From Parcubacteria group bacterium GW2011_GWA1_40_21 (GTDB lineage: Bacteria > Patescibacteriota > Minisyncoccia > Phycocordibacterales > GWA1-40-21): DNA of 64,000 nucleotides. The position numbers and the translations under genes are program-made. Position 1 is the first letter of the stretch; every line of letters starts with the position of its first letter. Positions 27,656-37,657 of the stretch are shown here, piece by piece. The notes under the pieces are model-generated. The model searched no databases, had not been told where the DNA came from, and saw only the letters and a list, made by a program, of their open reading frames with translations. The stretch is from the NCBI GenBank assembly GCA_000996205.1, contig LBYO01000005.1, forward strand, positions 1,728 to 65,727, written 5' to 3'.

Positions 27656-29458
27656 ATGCTTTCATCTGAAGAAATACGAACGAGATTTTTAAAATTTTTT
27701 GAAAAAAAGGGGCATAAGATAATCCCTTCGGCATCGCTTGTGCCGGAAAATGATCCTTCTGTTTTGTTTACAACGGCCGGAATGCATCCTCTTGTGCCGT
27801 ATATTCTCGGGCAGACTCATCCATTGGGGAAGATGCTCGCCAATTCGCAGAAATCTTTGAGGACGGTGGATATTGACGAAGTTGGCGACAATACCCACGC
27901 GACTTTTTTTGAAATGCTTGGAAACTGGTCTTTGGGCGACTATTTCAAAGAAGATGCTATCAAATGGAGTTATGAATTTTTAACTTCCAAGGAAGAAGGA
28001 CTCGGTCTCAATCCTTCGCGTTTGTATGTGACGGTTTTTGAAGGAGATGAGAAGGCGTCAAGGGACGATGAGTCTTTCAAAATTTGGAAAAGTCTGGGAA
28101 TGCCAGAGGATAAAATATATTTTATGAGCGCGAAATCCAACTGGTGGAGCGCCGGCGACAGCGGACCATCAGGTCCGGACACGGAAATGTTTTATGATAT
28201 AACGGATAAAGGTCTCAATATCAAGACAAAAGAAGAATTTTTTAAGGCCGACGAAAAACAGCAGGTGGTGGAGATTTGGAATGATGTCTTTATGGAATAT
28301 GAAATGAAAGATGGCAAAGTGATAGGCAAATTGAAAAATAAAAATGTTGATACTGGGTCTGGTCTTGAAAGAGTGGCTATGGTGGTTCAGAAAAAAAACA
28401 ATATATTTGAGACGGATTTACTAGCGCCTTTAATTGAAAAAGTTGAAGATTTAAGCAATGTTGATTCGGCTAAATTATCTGACAAAGAGGCTTTGAGAGC
28501 GAAGAGAATTGTTGCTGATCACATCAGAGCTTCAGTTTTTATAATTGCCGATGGGGTAATGCCGTCAAACACCGACCGAGGTTATGTTTTAAGAAGGCTT
28601 TTAAGAAGAGCGGTAAGATATTCCGACATTTTGAAAATAAAAGAAGGAGGGATCAATGATATTGCCAATGCTGTTATTCAAAAATATGAAAAAATTTACA
28701 GAAATGTTGCTGATAATTCTAGTGTGATTATTAAGGAGATTGAAAAAGAGGAAAAAAAATTTCGCGGGAGTCTGGCGCGTGGATTAAAGGTTTTTGAAAA
28801 TTATGTAAGCGCGGATTTTCAACTATCTGGACAATCTGCTTTTGAATTGGTTACAACATACGGCTTTCCGCGCGAGCTCATAGAAGAAATCGCCAAAGAA
28901 CGAAAAATTGAGGTGGACTGGTTCGCGTTTGAAGCTGAAATGAAGAAACATTATGATCTTTCGCGCGCAGGTTCGGAGCAAAAATTCAAAGGAGGTTTGG
29001 CCGACATGGGCGAGGAGTCAATCAAATATCACACTGCGACGCATCTTTTGCATGCGGCTTTGCGCGATGTTTTGGGCGATCATGTCTTGCAAAAGGGAAG
29101 CAACATAACAGCCGAACGGCTTCGTTTTGACTTCTCGCACGACGGCAAAATGTCCGAGGAAGAAAAAAAGAAAGTTGAAGATATCGTGAATCAAAAAATA
29201 AAAGAATCGCTCCCGATAAGTTTCAAAGAGATGAATATAGGCGAAGCTAAGACAGCCGGAGCGCTCGGCGTCTTTGGCGAGAAATACGGCGAAGTGGTGA
29301 AAGTATATAAAATCGGAGATGAAGAGCGGGGAATTTTCAGTATGGAGCTTTGCGGCGGACCTCATACCGAAAATACCGGCAAGCTGGGACACTTCAAAAT
29401 AATCAAAGAAGAAGCGGTCTCGGCCGGCGTAAGAAGAATCAAGGCGGTCTTGGAGTAA
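27656..29458 (+). CDS. alaS: alanyl-tRNA synthetase, short form (catalytic + editing domains; no C-Ala domain)
   Basis: N-terminal FLKFFEKKGH..PSASLVP..DPSVLFTTAGM; editing HTATHLLHAAL ... CGGPH. Confidence 0.85.
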   Translation: MLSSEEIRTRFLKFFEKKGHKIIPSASLVPENDPSVLFTTAGMHPLVPYILGQTHPLGKMLANSQKSLRTVDIDEVGDNTHATFFEMLGNWSLGDYFKEDAIKWSYEFLTSKEEGLGLNPSRLYVTVFEGDEKASRDDESFKIWKSLGMPEDKIYFMSAKSNWWSAGDSGPSGPDTEMFYDITDKGLNIKTKEEFFKADEKQQVVEIWNDVFMEYEMKDGKVIGKLKNKNVDTGSGLERVAMVVQKKNNIFETDLLAPLIEKVEDLSNVDSAKLSDKEALRAKRIVADHIRASVFIIADGVMPSNTDRGYVLRRLLRRAVRYSDILKIKEGGINDIANAVIQKYEKIYRNVADNSSVIIKEIEKEEKKFRGSLARGLKVFENYVSADFQLSGQSAFELVTTYGFPRELIEEIAKERKIEVDWFAFEAEMKKHYDLSRAGSEQKFKGGLADMGEESIKYHTATHLLHAALRDVLGDHVLQKGSNITAERLRFDFSHDGKMSEEEKKKVEDIVNQKIKESLPISFKEMNIGEAKTAGALGVFGEKYGEVVKVYKIGDEERGIFSMELCGGPHTENTGKLGHFKIIKEEAVSAGVRRIKAVLE

Positions 29459-29586
29459 TTTTCAAAATTAAGCTTTCCAATGAGTTCCCTTGGATTACTC
29501 TCTCTAAAATTTACAAAAAAATGCTACCAGAGATCCGAAGATCTTCTGGTAGCATATTAAATATAAATGAGAGATGTCTATTTAAT

Positions 29587-29988
29587 TTAAACGCAACACT
29601 TGTCGTTTTCTCTGCAAAGATATTTTGCCAAAACAAAACCGGGTTTTTCTTTCCATTGAGGCCATAACACCTCAATTTTTCCAAATTTTATATTAAAGTT
29701 TTGCGGTCTCGATCTAAATAATGCAATCAAGAATGCAATCAACGCATCCTTTTTTATGAGAGTTTCTATATCGGGATACTTATTGTATCTTGTCGCGATG
29801 TGAAGTTTATCACCGGAAGATTCCAGATAATAAAAACAATTACCCATCATATACGCTTCGCCCTGCAGGTAAACATTTTTATGAGCCGTAGCGGTATTTT
29901 CAAGTGTTTCTTTTAGTCGGTCCATATCTACGCCTCGATCTTTTAAAATAAGTGAAAAAATACTCACATTAAGAGTGTTAAGTTTCAA
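29587..29988 (-). CDS. hypothetical protein
   Basis: ORF only. Confidence 0.3.
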   Translation of the reverse strand: MKLNTLNVSIFSLILKDRGVDMDRLKETLENTATAHKNVYLQGEAYMMGNCFYYLESSGDKLHIATRYNKYPDIETLIKKDALIAFLIALFRSRPQNFNIKFGKIEVLWPQWKEKPGFVLAKYLCRENDKCCV

Positions 29989-30310
29989 TGCCTTTCTCCT
30001 TAAAATTAAAAAATTAAAAGTGAAAAATCTTAATCCTACCGGTATGATAAATGCGCTTATGGATTAATAACCACCTCCTTTTTGAAAGAACTATTTCCTT
30101 AATATTAAAGAAAGTATTATATTAATCCTCGTAAAAATTTTGTCAAATTCTGCTATAAGGTTTTAGTTTATAGTTGTTAGTTTATGGTCTTAATAAAAGA
30201 AATTTTCAATTTCTAATTCGCAATCTTCATTAAACCTATAAACTAGCACCTAACCACAATAACCTTCTTATAATTGTTGAGTTGACTGTCCTTGTGTTAT
30301 AATTTCATAT

Positions 30311-31507
30311 ATGTCGCTATTTTCATTTTTCAATAAGAAAAGCGAAGAAGTTTCCGCTGTCTTTCACATAGGGAGCGGGAGCGTGGATGCGCATCTCGTC
30401 AGATTTTCTAAAGTATCAAAACCGGAAATAATTTACGCGACAAAAGCCCCCATATCATTTCAGAAGAATATTGATTTGGAAAGATATTTCAAGCTTATGG
30501 TCAAAGCGTTTGATTCCGCACTTCAGGACATTCAGAAGCGCGGGCTGCTCCATTTGAATTTCACCGGTTTGAGAAATCACAGGATAAGCAATGCTTTCTA
30601 TGTATTATGTTCGCCGTGGTGCGTATCGCAGACTAAAATAATAAAAATAAAAAAAGATAAGCCTTTTGAAATAACCGTCGATTTGATTGAAGGCGTAATA
30701 AATGAACAAGAGAGGAAGTTTTTATCGGATGATTCGGTTAAAGGCTCAAAGATAATTGAAAAGAAAATAATTGACGCGAAATTAAACGGCTATAGAACGG
30801 CGGAAATCTTCGGCAAAAAAGCTAAAGATGCTGAGCTTGCTTTTTTTATGACTTCAGCACCGGAATATGTGCTGAAAGAATTGAATTATGTTGCGCGCAA
30901 GTATTTCAATTTTCACATCTCGGATTTCCATTCATTCGCTATCTCTGCTTTTTCTGCAATCCGGGAAATATATTCCGACAAAGAAAATTTCATATTTATT
31001 GATACTCACGGGGAATTAACGGACTTGTCAATAATAAAAGACAATATTTTCGCGGAGAGCGTTTCTTTTCCGGTGGGGGAAAATTTTTTTGTGCGGCAGA
31101 CGTCTAAAGACCTCCTCCTTTCAGGCGATGAATCCTGCTCTCTCATAAATTTGCATATTAACGGCAAATGCGACAGCGTGACCTCGCAAAAAGTTCAAGC
31201 GACTATGGATAAATCGCTTAAAATTTGGTTGGAAAAATTCCATTCTGTTTTGACTTCTCTTTCACTCAATATGTATGTTCCAAGAACAATTTTTATTATG
31301 ACAGATAATGAGTTTAGCGAATTTCTGGCTAAAAAATTAAAAGAAGAAAAGTTCAGCCAGTTTTCAATGACAGAAGAATCTTTTAATGTTATAGTATTAA
31401 ATAATAAAAGCCTCTGCGAATACTGCCTGTCAGACAAGGAGATTGAGAAAGAACCATTCGCGGAACTGGAATGTGTATTCTTGAACAAGATATTTAACAC
31501 AAAATAA
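30311..31507 (+). CDS. actin-like ATPase fold protein (PilM/FtsA-like)
   Basis: N-terminal phosphate-1-like VFHIGSGSVDAHLV and later IDTHGELTDLSII resemble PilM/FtsA ATPase motifs. Confidence 0.4.
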   Translation: MSLFSFFNKKSEEVSAVFHIGSGSVDAHLVRFSKVSKPEIIYATKAPISFQKNIDLERYFKLMVKAFDSALQDIQKRGLLHLNFTGLRNHRISNAFYVLCSPWCVSQTKIIKIKKDKPFEITVDLIEGVINEQERKFLSDDSVKGSKIIEKKIIDAKLNGYRTAEIFGKKAKDAELAFFMTSAPEYVLKELNYVARKYFNFHISDFHSFAISAFSAIREIYSDKENFIFIDTHGELTDLSIIKDNIFAESVSFPVGENFFVRQTSKDLLLSGDESCSLINLHINGKCDSVTSQKVQATMDKSLKIWLEKFHSVLTSLSLNMYVPRTIFIMTDNEFSEFLAKKLKEEKFSQFSMTEESFNVIVLNNKSLCEYCLSDKEIEKEPFAELECVFLNKIFNTK

Positions 31508-31508
31508 A

Positions 31509-32852
31509 ATGGCAAAAAACATCATACAAGACGTAGTGGTAAACAACAGAAGATCCATTAGGCAAGTATCCATTGAAAGAAGAAGGCGTCCGACGCAGAG
31601 CAAGGCGAGGAAAATGGAAGCGAATGAGTTTGAAGAAAAAAAGAAAGCGGAGCCGGCGAGTCAGGAAACGCAGAAGGAAATAAAAAAAAGAAATGCTCCA
31701 AAGATGATAATTTGGACAATAGCATTGTTATCCATAATTTTTTTGCTGTTTTCAGTAACATCTTTCTTTTCAACGGCGACAGTGACCGTAATTCCCAAGA
31801 CTGCCCGCATTGCGTTCAACGACACTTACATAGCCAAAAAGAATGCTCTTCCCGGCGAACTCCGATACGAGGTGATGACTCTGCAGAAAAAAATGTCAAA
31901 ACAGCTTGAAGCGACGGAAACGGAAAATCTTAAGATTAAGGCGAGCGGGAAAATCGTGGTATACAATAATTTCAGCGAGGCGACTCAAAGGCTTATCATA
32001 AACACCAGATTTGAATCCGAAGAAGGTCTGATTTATAAAATACCCAAATCAATCATTGTGCCCGGCATCAAGCTGGTTGGAGGCAAGAAGGTTCCGGGAA
32101 GCGTTGAAACACTCATCTTCGCGGATGAGCCCGGTGAAAAATACAATATGAAAGTTTCAGATCTCAAGGGAGATTTTAAAATCGCGGGTTTCAGGGGCGG
32201 CAAAAAATACAACTTTTTCTACGCGCGACTCAAGACTGACATAGCGGGAGGTTCAAGCGGTTTGGTTAAAAAAGTGCCGGCGAAAATATTGGACGAAGCC
32301 AGAAAAGAATTAAGGGCCGATATCAAATCCGAACTTCTTAAAGAAGCTTATGCCATCAAACCCCAATCTTCCGTCCTTCTTGCTGACGCTTATTATTATT
32401 CAGATTACGCTTCTTTGCCTGACAAGTTTCTGGGCGCTGATAAAATTGAAATCAATGAAAATGCCGCTTTCCACGGAATAATTTTTGACGAAGCCGAATT
32501 AAACTCTTATGTGGTAAAAAATAAACTTCCTGATTATGACGGCGTGCCTGTCAATTTGGTTTTAGATGACAATACCGGCGTCAGCTTGTCCGACAATTCC
32601 AGCGCGAAACCCCCTTGGGAAGGCGATTCGTTGAGTCTTTCTTTGAAAGGCGGAGCGGATGTCATTTGGACTTATGACGAGGCTCTCTTGCAGAAAAGTC
32701 TCGCCGGTCAGCGAAAGAGCGATTTAAATCGCATCATATCGTCTTTTCTCGGAATCGCGGAAGTGCGCGCTCAAGTAAGGCCTTATTGGAAAAGATCTTT
32801 TCCAAGCAAGCCGGAAAAAATAAAAATTGAAAATTTCAGCGTCAAAAAATAA
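31509..32852 (+). CDS. membrane-anchored hypothetical protein (possible partner of upstream PilM-like gene)
   Basis: basic N-terminus, single TM (IIWTIALLSIIFLLFSV), large extracytoplasmic domain; start overlaps the upstream stop. Confidence 0.4.
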   Translation: MAKNIIQDVVVNNRRSIRQVSIERRRRPTQSKARKMEANEFEEKKKAEPASQETQKEIKKRNAPKMIIWTIALLSIIFLLFSVTSFFSTATVTVIPKTARIAFNDTYIAKKNALPGELRYEVMTLQKKMSKQLEATETENLKIKASGKIVVYNNFSEATQRLIINTRFESEEGLIYKIPKSIIVPGIKLVGGKKVPGSVETLIFADEPGEKYNMKVSDLKGDFKIAGFRGGKKYNFFYARLKTDIAGGSSGLVKKVPAKILDEARKELRADIKSELLKEAYAIKPQSSVLLADAYYYSDYASLPDKFLGADKIEINENAAFHGIIFDEAELNSYVVKNKLPDYDGVPVNLVLDDNTGVSLSDNSSAKPPWEGDSLSLSLKGGADVIWTYDEALLQKSLAGQRKSDLNRIISSFLGIAEVRAQVRPYWKRSFPSKPEKIKIENFSVKK

Positions 32853-32918
32853 TTTTATCACCGCGACTTTTCGTTCCGTTCTTTATTTCTGTCTCTGCTT
32901 TATAAACTTTATGAACTT

Positions 32919-33061
32919 CTTTGAATTACGAAACCCTCATTTTCCGTCTTTGCGAGCCGGTACTCCGGCGTGGCAATCCAGAGTTTACCGCGCGTAATAA
33001 TGGATTGCTTCGCTTCGCTCGCAAAGACAATGCGGTAATGTGATAGTTTCGTAATTCAAAG
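32919..33061. repeat. MITE family A, complete copy (~143 bp)
   Basis: TIRs ctttgaattacgaaac / gtttcgtaattcaaag; internal ttgcgagc...gctcgcaaag inverted repeat. Confidence 0.8.
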
Positions 33062-33140
33062 TGAACTTGATAACTTTCAACTTATTTGCTTGACTAATCA
33101 TATGGCAATTTGCTAACATAGTGTTTGCTGTTTTAAAGTA

Positions 33141-33365
33141 ATGGAAAATAAAAAAGCAAAGGAAAAAGTGGCCACGGGCGGGATAGTGGTAGAGGCTTTT
33201 CCCAATACCTTGTTTAAAGTGAAGCTTGATGGCGGCGGAAGCGAGATACTTGCTTATCTTTCGGGAAAGATGAGGATGAACAGGATAAGGGTTTTAATAG
33301 GAGACAAAGTCGTAGTTGAACTTGATGAATATGGTGGTAAGGGAAGAATCGTTAAAAGAAACTAG
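33141..33365 (+). CDS. infA: translation initiation factor IF-1
   Basis: S1-like OB fold: GIVVEAFPNTLFKVKLDGG...ISGKMRMNRIRVLIGDKV. Confidence 0.9.
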   Translation: MENKKAKEKVATGGIVVEAFPNTLFKVKLDGGGSEILAYLSGKMRMNRIRVLIGDKVVVELDEYGGKGRIVKRN

Positions 33366-33494
33366 CCGGTATTAGGTTTTAGGCGGTTAGACCGTAGAGA
33401 AGAAATTAATTTTTTGAATTTACAACCTATCCGCCTGTCATCGCAAGCATGAGTCTGCTCAGGCGTTGCGGGCGCGGCAACCTACAATAAAAAC

Positions 33495-33611
33495 ATGAAA
33501 GTAAAATCATCAGTAAAAAAGATATGTTCCAAATGCAAGACGGTGCGCAGAAAAGGCTATGTCTATGTAATATGTAGCGCTAACCCGAGACATAAGCAGA
33601 GACAGGGTTAA
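33495..33611 (+). CDS. rpmJ: 50S ribosomal protein L36
   Basis: own translation [38 protein letters not shown] (zinc-ribbon C..C...C..H); not in ORF track (38 aa). Confidence 0.85.
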   Translation: MKVKSSVKKICSKCKTVRRKGYVYVICSANPRHKQRQG

Positions 33612-33641
33612 TTTATTTTAAAAAATCAAACTTACATAAAT

Positions 33642-34022
33642 ATGAGAATTGCCGGCATAACGATACCTGAAAACAAAAGACTGGAAGTAGGTCTTACTTC
33701 GGTTTATGGCATAGCCAGATCCAGAGCCCACGAAATATTGGATAAATCAAAAGTCGCGTACAGCAAGAAACCGAACCAATTAACTCCCGAAGAAGAAAAC
33801 GAGATCAGAAAAATCGTGGAAGCTTACAAAATAGAAGGAGATTTGAAAAGAGAAGTTTCTTCAAATATAAAGCGGCTTAAAGACATAAAATCTTATCGCG
33901 GGACAAGACATATGAAAAGATTGCCGTCACGCGGACAAAGGACGAAGACCAATTCAAGAACTTTGCGCGGCAACGTGAGAAAGACCGCTGGTACCGGCAG
34001 AAGGAAAGAAGAAAAGAAATAA
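33642..34022 (+). CDS. rpsM: 30S ribosomal protein S13
   Basis: MRIAGITIPENKRLEVGLTSVYGI...YRGTRH. Confidence 0.95.
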   Translation: MRIAGITIPENKRLEVGLTSVYGIARSRAHEILDKSKVAYSKKPNQLTPEEENEIRKIVEAYKIEGDLKREVSSNIKRLKDIKSYRGTRHMKRLPSRGQRTKTNSRTLRGNVRKTAGTGRRKEEKK

Positions 34023-34036
34023 TCATTTAAAAATTT

Positions 34037-34471
34037 ATGGGTAAAAAAAGAATAGTAAAAAAAGAAGAAGGAGAAGTTTCGTCCGGCGCGAAAAGCCAGG
34101 CCGAACCGAAGTCCGGCAAGAAAAAGCTGGAAACGGGAATTCTTTATGTTCAGTCCACTTACAACAACACAAAAATCCTTCTCACCGACCCGAAAGGCAA
34201 CGCTTTGGCTTGGTCATCGAGTGGTTCTCTTGGGTTCAAAGGGGCGAAAAAAGGCACGCCGTTCGCGGCCGCCAAAATAGGAGAACTCATCGGAGAAAAG
34301 GCGAACGATATGGGAATTAAGGCGGTGGAAGTGGTTATAAAAGGCGTCGGATCAGGAAGAGAATCGTCTGTGCGAGGTTTTTTATCAAAGGGCATAGACC
34401 TTATCGGAGTCAAGGATGTGACTCCCGTTCCGCATAACGGCCCTAAGCCTAAAAAACCGAGAAGGGTGTAA
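34037..34471 (+). CDS. rpsK: 30S ribosomal protein S11
   Basis: GILYVQSTYNNTKILLTDPKGNALAWSSSG...GSGRESSVR. Confidence 0.95.
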   Translation: MGKKRIVKKEEGEVSSGAKSQAEPKSGKKKLETGILYVQSTYNNTKILLTDPKGNALAWSSSGSLGFKGAKKGTPFAAAKIGELIGEKANDMGIKAVEVVIKGVGSGRESSVRGFLSKGIDLIGVKDVTPVPHNGPKPKKPRRV

Positions 34472-34514
34472 ATTTTTAGTTTGATTTTTCAATAATTTTT
34501 TAATATTTATAAAT

Positions 34515-35123
34515 ATGTTAATTGGACCAAGATACAAAAAAGCAAAGAAGTTAGGAGCGCATATCTTTGATAAGACCCAAACCGCGAAATTCGCGTTGCG
34601 TCAGGCGAGAAAAAAAGGCTCGGACAAGAGAGGCAGGCCCAAAAGCGATTTTGGCCTTCAGCTTCTTGAGAAACAGAAAGCGCGTTTTACTTACGGAGTA
34701 AACGAAAGGCAATTTTCAAAATACGTAAAAGGTATAATAAATAAAAAAGGAGGCAATTCGCCGGATTCTCTCGTTGGGATTCTTGAATCAAGATTGGACA
34801 ATGTCGTCTATCGCCTCGGTCTCGCTGGTTCGCGGCAAGCCGCGAGGCAAATGGTTTCTCACGGCCATATTACCGTTAACGGAAGAAGGAACAACATACC
34901 TTCTTATAATGCCACTATGGGGGATAAAATCGGTGTGAGCCAGAGAAGCCTGAAAAGCAAGCTTTTCGCGGATCTAGAGAAGAAAATCAAGGAGCATAAT
35001 TATCCTTCCTGGCTCAAATATGACGCTGGAAGCAAGTCTTATGACATTCAAGGAATGCCAAAACTCGCGAACACTGAAATAATGTTCAATGTTGCTTCAG
35101 TTCTGCAATTTTACAGCCGATAA
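34515..35123 (+). CDS. rpsD: 30S ribosomal protein S4
   Basis: RLDNVVYRLGLAGSRQAARQMVSHGHITVNGRR S4 domain. Confidence 0.95.
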   Translation: MLIGPRYKKAKKLGAHIFDKTQTAKFALRQARKKGSDKRGRPKSDFGLQLLEKQKARFTYGVNERQFSKYVKGIINKKGGNSPDSLVGILESRLDNVVYRLGLAGSRQAARQMVSHGHITVNGRRNNIPSYNATMGDKIGVSQRSLKSKLFADLEKKIKEHNYPSWLKYDAGSKSYDIQGMPKLANTEIMFNVASVLQFYSR

Positions 35124-35202
35124 GAACAGACTTGCATAAATCGCAAAAATAATACATAATTGATTTTTATTATTTGATTAAAAATAACCAGAAGAAACAT
35201 AT

Positions 35203-36162
35203 ATGATCGACAATAATATAATTTTGCCTTCAAAGCCGAAAATAATCCAAGAAAAAGATTCAAGCGGGGTATACGAGATTGACGGATTTTATCCCGGTTA
35301 CGGTCATACTTTGGGTAATTCTCTCAGAAGAATCATATTGTTGTCTTTGCCTGGGGCGGCAATAACCTCGGTAAAGATTAAAGGTGTCAGTCATGAATTT
35401 TCCTCAATAGACGGAGTCAAAGAAGATGTCATAAATATTCTTCTTAATTTGAAAAACATAAGAGTGAAAATGCTTACGGACGAGCCTCAAATTCTCAATC
35501 TTAAAGTCAAAGGAGTGAAGAATGTCAAAGCCGGCGACATAGACGCTCCTGGACAAGTTGAAATATTGAATAAGGATTTGCACATAGCGAGCATTACCGA
35601 CAAAAATACGGAGCTCTCAATTGAAATGCGAGTGGAAAGAGGACTCGGCTATGTTCCCAAAGAAATTCTCCAGAAAGACAGAGTTGAAATAGGCGCGATT
35701 GCTCTTGACGCTTCGTTTACTCCCATCAGAAGAGTGAATTACGAAGTTGAAAATATGAGAGTCGGAGACAGGACGGATTTTAATCGCTTGAGAATCTTCA
35801 TAGAAACCGACGGCACTATTTCTCCAAAGGAAGCTTTGGAAATTTCCATTCAAATTATGATTAAACAGCTTAAAGCTATCATCGGCTTTGAAGAGCCGGA
35901 AGAGCCGAAGGAAGAAGAAACGCGGCCAACGAAAGAGACGGAGGAAAGCAAGGAAATGGATGTGGAATTTCTAAAAACAAGAATAGAATCAGTTGATCTT
36001 TCCGCAAGAACCGCCAAAGCTCTTTCCAACGCCAACATAAGAACTGTCGGCGGACTGGCCAGAAAGAAAGAAAAAGACCTTTTGGAAATTGAAGGTCTTG
36101 GAGCGAAAGGAATTCAAGAAATAAAAAAAGCTTTGTCCAATTTCGGCATCACGCTGAAATAA
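35203..36162 (+). CDS. rpoA: DNA-directed RNA polymerase subunit alpha
   Basis: [23 protein letters not shown] N-terminal domain and C-terminal alpha-CTD. Confidence 0.95.
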   Translation: [319 protein letters not shown]

Positions 36163-36223
36163 GCGCAAAATAAGATATTTTAAGACGCATTTCAGATAAA
36201 ATTGAAAGATATAAATTTGCAAT

Positions 36224-36571
36224 ATGAAACACCACAAATCAATGAGAACATTGGGAAGAGAAAGAAACCAGAGAAGAGCGCTTCTCAAGTCTCTTGCCGC
36301 CTCTTTGATTGAGAGCAAAAAGATAAAAACGACTTTGGCGAGAGCCAGAGAGCTTCGCCCGGTTATGGACAAATTCGTTACTATTTCAAAAAAGGGAAAT
36401 GTGAACGCGCTCCGAATTCTTTCCGCCAAAGTGGGAAAAGATAACGCGAAAAAACTCGCGGGTGAGATAGCGGCGTCCTACAAAGACAGGAAAGGCGGCT
36501 ATACCAGAATAATAAAATTAAATCCGAGGAAAAGCGACGGCGCTTTAATGGCTCAGATTGAGTTTGTATAA
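36224..36571 (+). CDS. rplQ: 50S ribosomal protein L17
   Basis: RKLGRERNQRRALLKSLAASLIE. Confidence 0.9.
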   Translation: MKHHKSMRTLGRERNQRRALLKSLAASLIESKKIKTTLARARELRPVMDKFVTISKKGNVNALRILSAKVGKDNAKKLAGEIAASYKDRKGGYTRIIKLNPRKSDGALMAQIEFV

Positions 36572-36611
36572 TATTTTTCGGATAATAATTTTTAGTATCA
36601 ATATCAATAAT

Positions 36612-36962
36612 ATGAATAAAATAATAGAAATAGACGCAAAAGGAAAGAAACTGGGCAGGGTGGCTAGCGAGGTGGCTGTATTTCTGATGGGCAAGAATTT
36701 GACAAACCAACAAAGAAACGCCATTCCCGAAATTTCCGTCAAAATCACCAACGCTTCCAAGCTGCAGATTGATTCCAAAAAGAAAAAGGAAAAAGATTAC
36801 GCCTCTTTTTCGGGTTATCCGGGCGGACTCAAGAAAGAAAGTATGGAAAAATTGATTGGCAGAAAGGGATTCAGGGAAGTTTTAAAATTGGCGATATACG
36901 GAATGTTGCCTTCCAATAAATTAAGAGCGAAGATGTTGAACAACTTAACGATAACAGAATAA
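36612..36962 (+). CDS. rplM: 50S ribosomal protein L13
   Basis: start placed at MNKIIEIDAKGKKLGRVASEVA (the ORF-track start at 36558 is probably too far upstream). Confidence 0.85.
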   Translation: MNKIIEIDAKGKKLGRVASEVAVFLMGKNLTNQQRNAIPEISVKITNASKLQIDSKKKKEKDYASFSGYPGGLKKESMEKLIGRKGFREVLKLAIYGMLPSNKLRAKMLNNLTITE

Positions 36963-36963
36963 T

Positions 36964-37410
36964 ATGGTGGCCACTAAAAACGAAGAAAATAAAATAGCAA
37001 AAGATTCAAAAATGGAAAACAAAACCTACATAGAAGCCGTTGGTAGGAGAAAAACCGCCACCGCCAGAGTCAGAATCACAGAAAGCGCAAAAAATGCTTT
37101 TATTGTCAACGACAAAAGCTTGGAAGATTATTTCAAGGTGAAAGAGCTGTCCGAAATTGCGAGCGAAGCTCTGACCAAATCCAAAACGCCGACGCATTTC
37201 AGCGTTTCCGCGAAGATAAAAGGAGGGGGGGTAAGTTCTCAAGCGGAAGCGTTAAGGTTGGGAATCGCAAGAGCGCTTATAATATACGACAAAGAACTAA
37301 GGAAGAAGATAAAAGGTCTAGGATTTCTGAAACGAGATCCAAGGGCGAAAGAGAGAAGAAAATTTGGTTTGAAAAAAGCCAGAAAAGCTCCGCAATGGTC
37401 CAAGCGATAG
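36964..37410 (+). CDS. rpsI: 30S ribosomal protein S9
   Basis: GRRKTATARV ... GGGVSSQAEALRLGIARAL ... C-terminal KKARKAPQWSKR; true start may be the internal Met at 37012. Confidence 0.9.
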   Translation: MVATKNEENKIAKDSKMENKTYIEAVGRRKTATARVRITESAKNAFIVNDKSLEDYFKVKELSEIASEALTKSKTPTHFSVSAKIKGGGVSSQAEALRLGIARALIIYDKELRKKIKGLGFLKRDPRAKERRKFGLKKARKAPQWSKR

Positions 37411-37504
37411 TATTTTTATCCATTAAAGAATTATTGCGATTTTTAGATAGAGTATTTTGCGTATTTTCAACATCTGTAATTGTTGCTTAAAGTGCGTTGG
37501 CTTA

Positions 37505-37570
37505 CATTCCCTCTGCCATTCCCGCCCCGTCGTCTTCATGGAGGGCAGTCTCCTGCGGGAATCCAGTTTG
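37505..37570. repeat. 'cattccc...gggaatccag' repeat element (copy D)
   Basis: tacattccctctgccattcccgcc...ctcctgcgggaatccagtttg. Confidence 0.5.
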
Positions 37571-37657
37571 AAATACCGAATATAATAATTTGACAAGACA
37601 GAAAATACCTGTTAATTTATTTATATAATAAAATATTAATTTTTTCTAAATAGTTTT

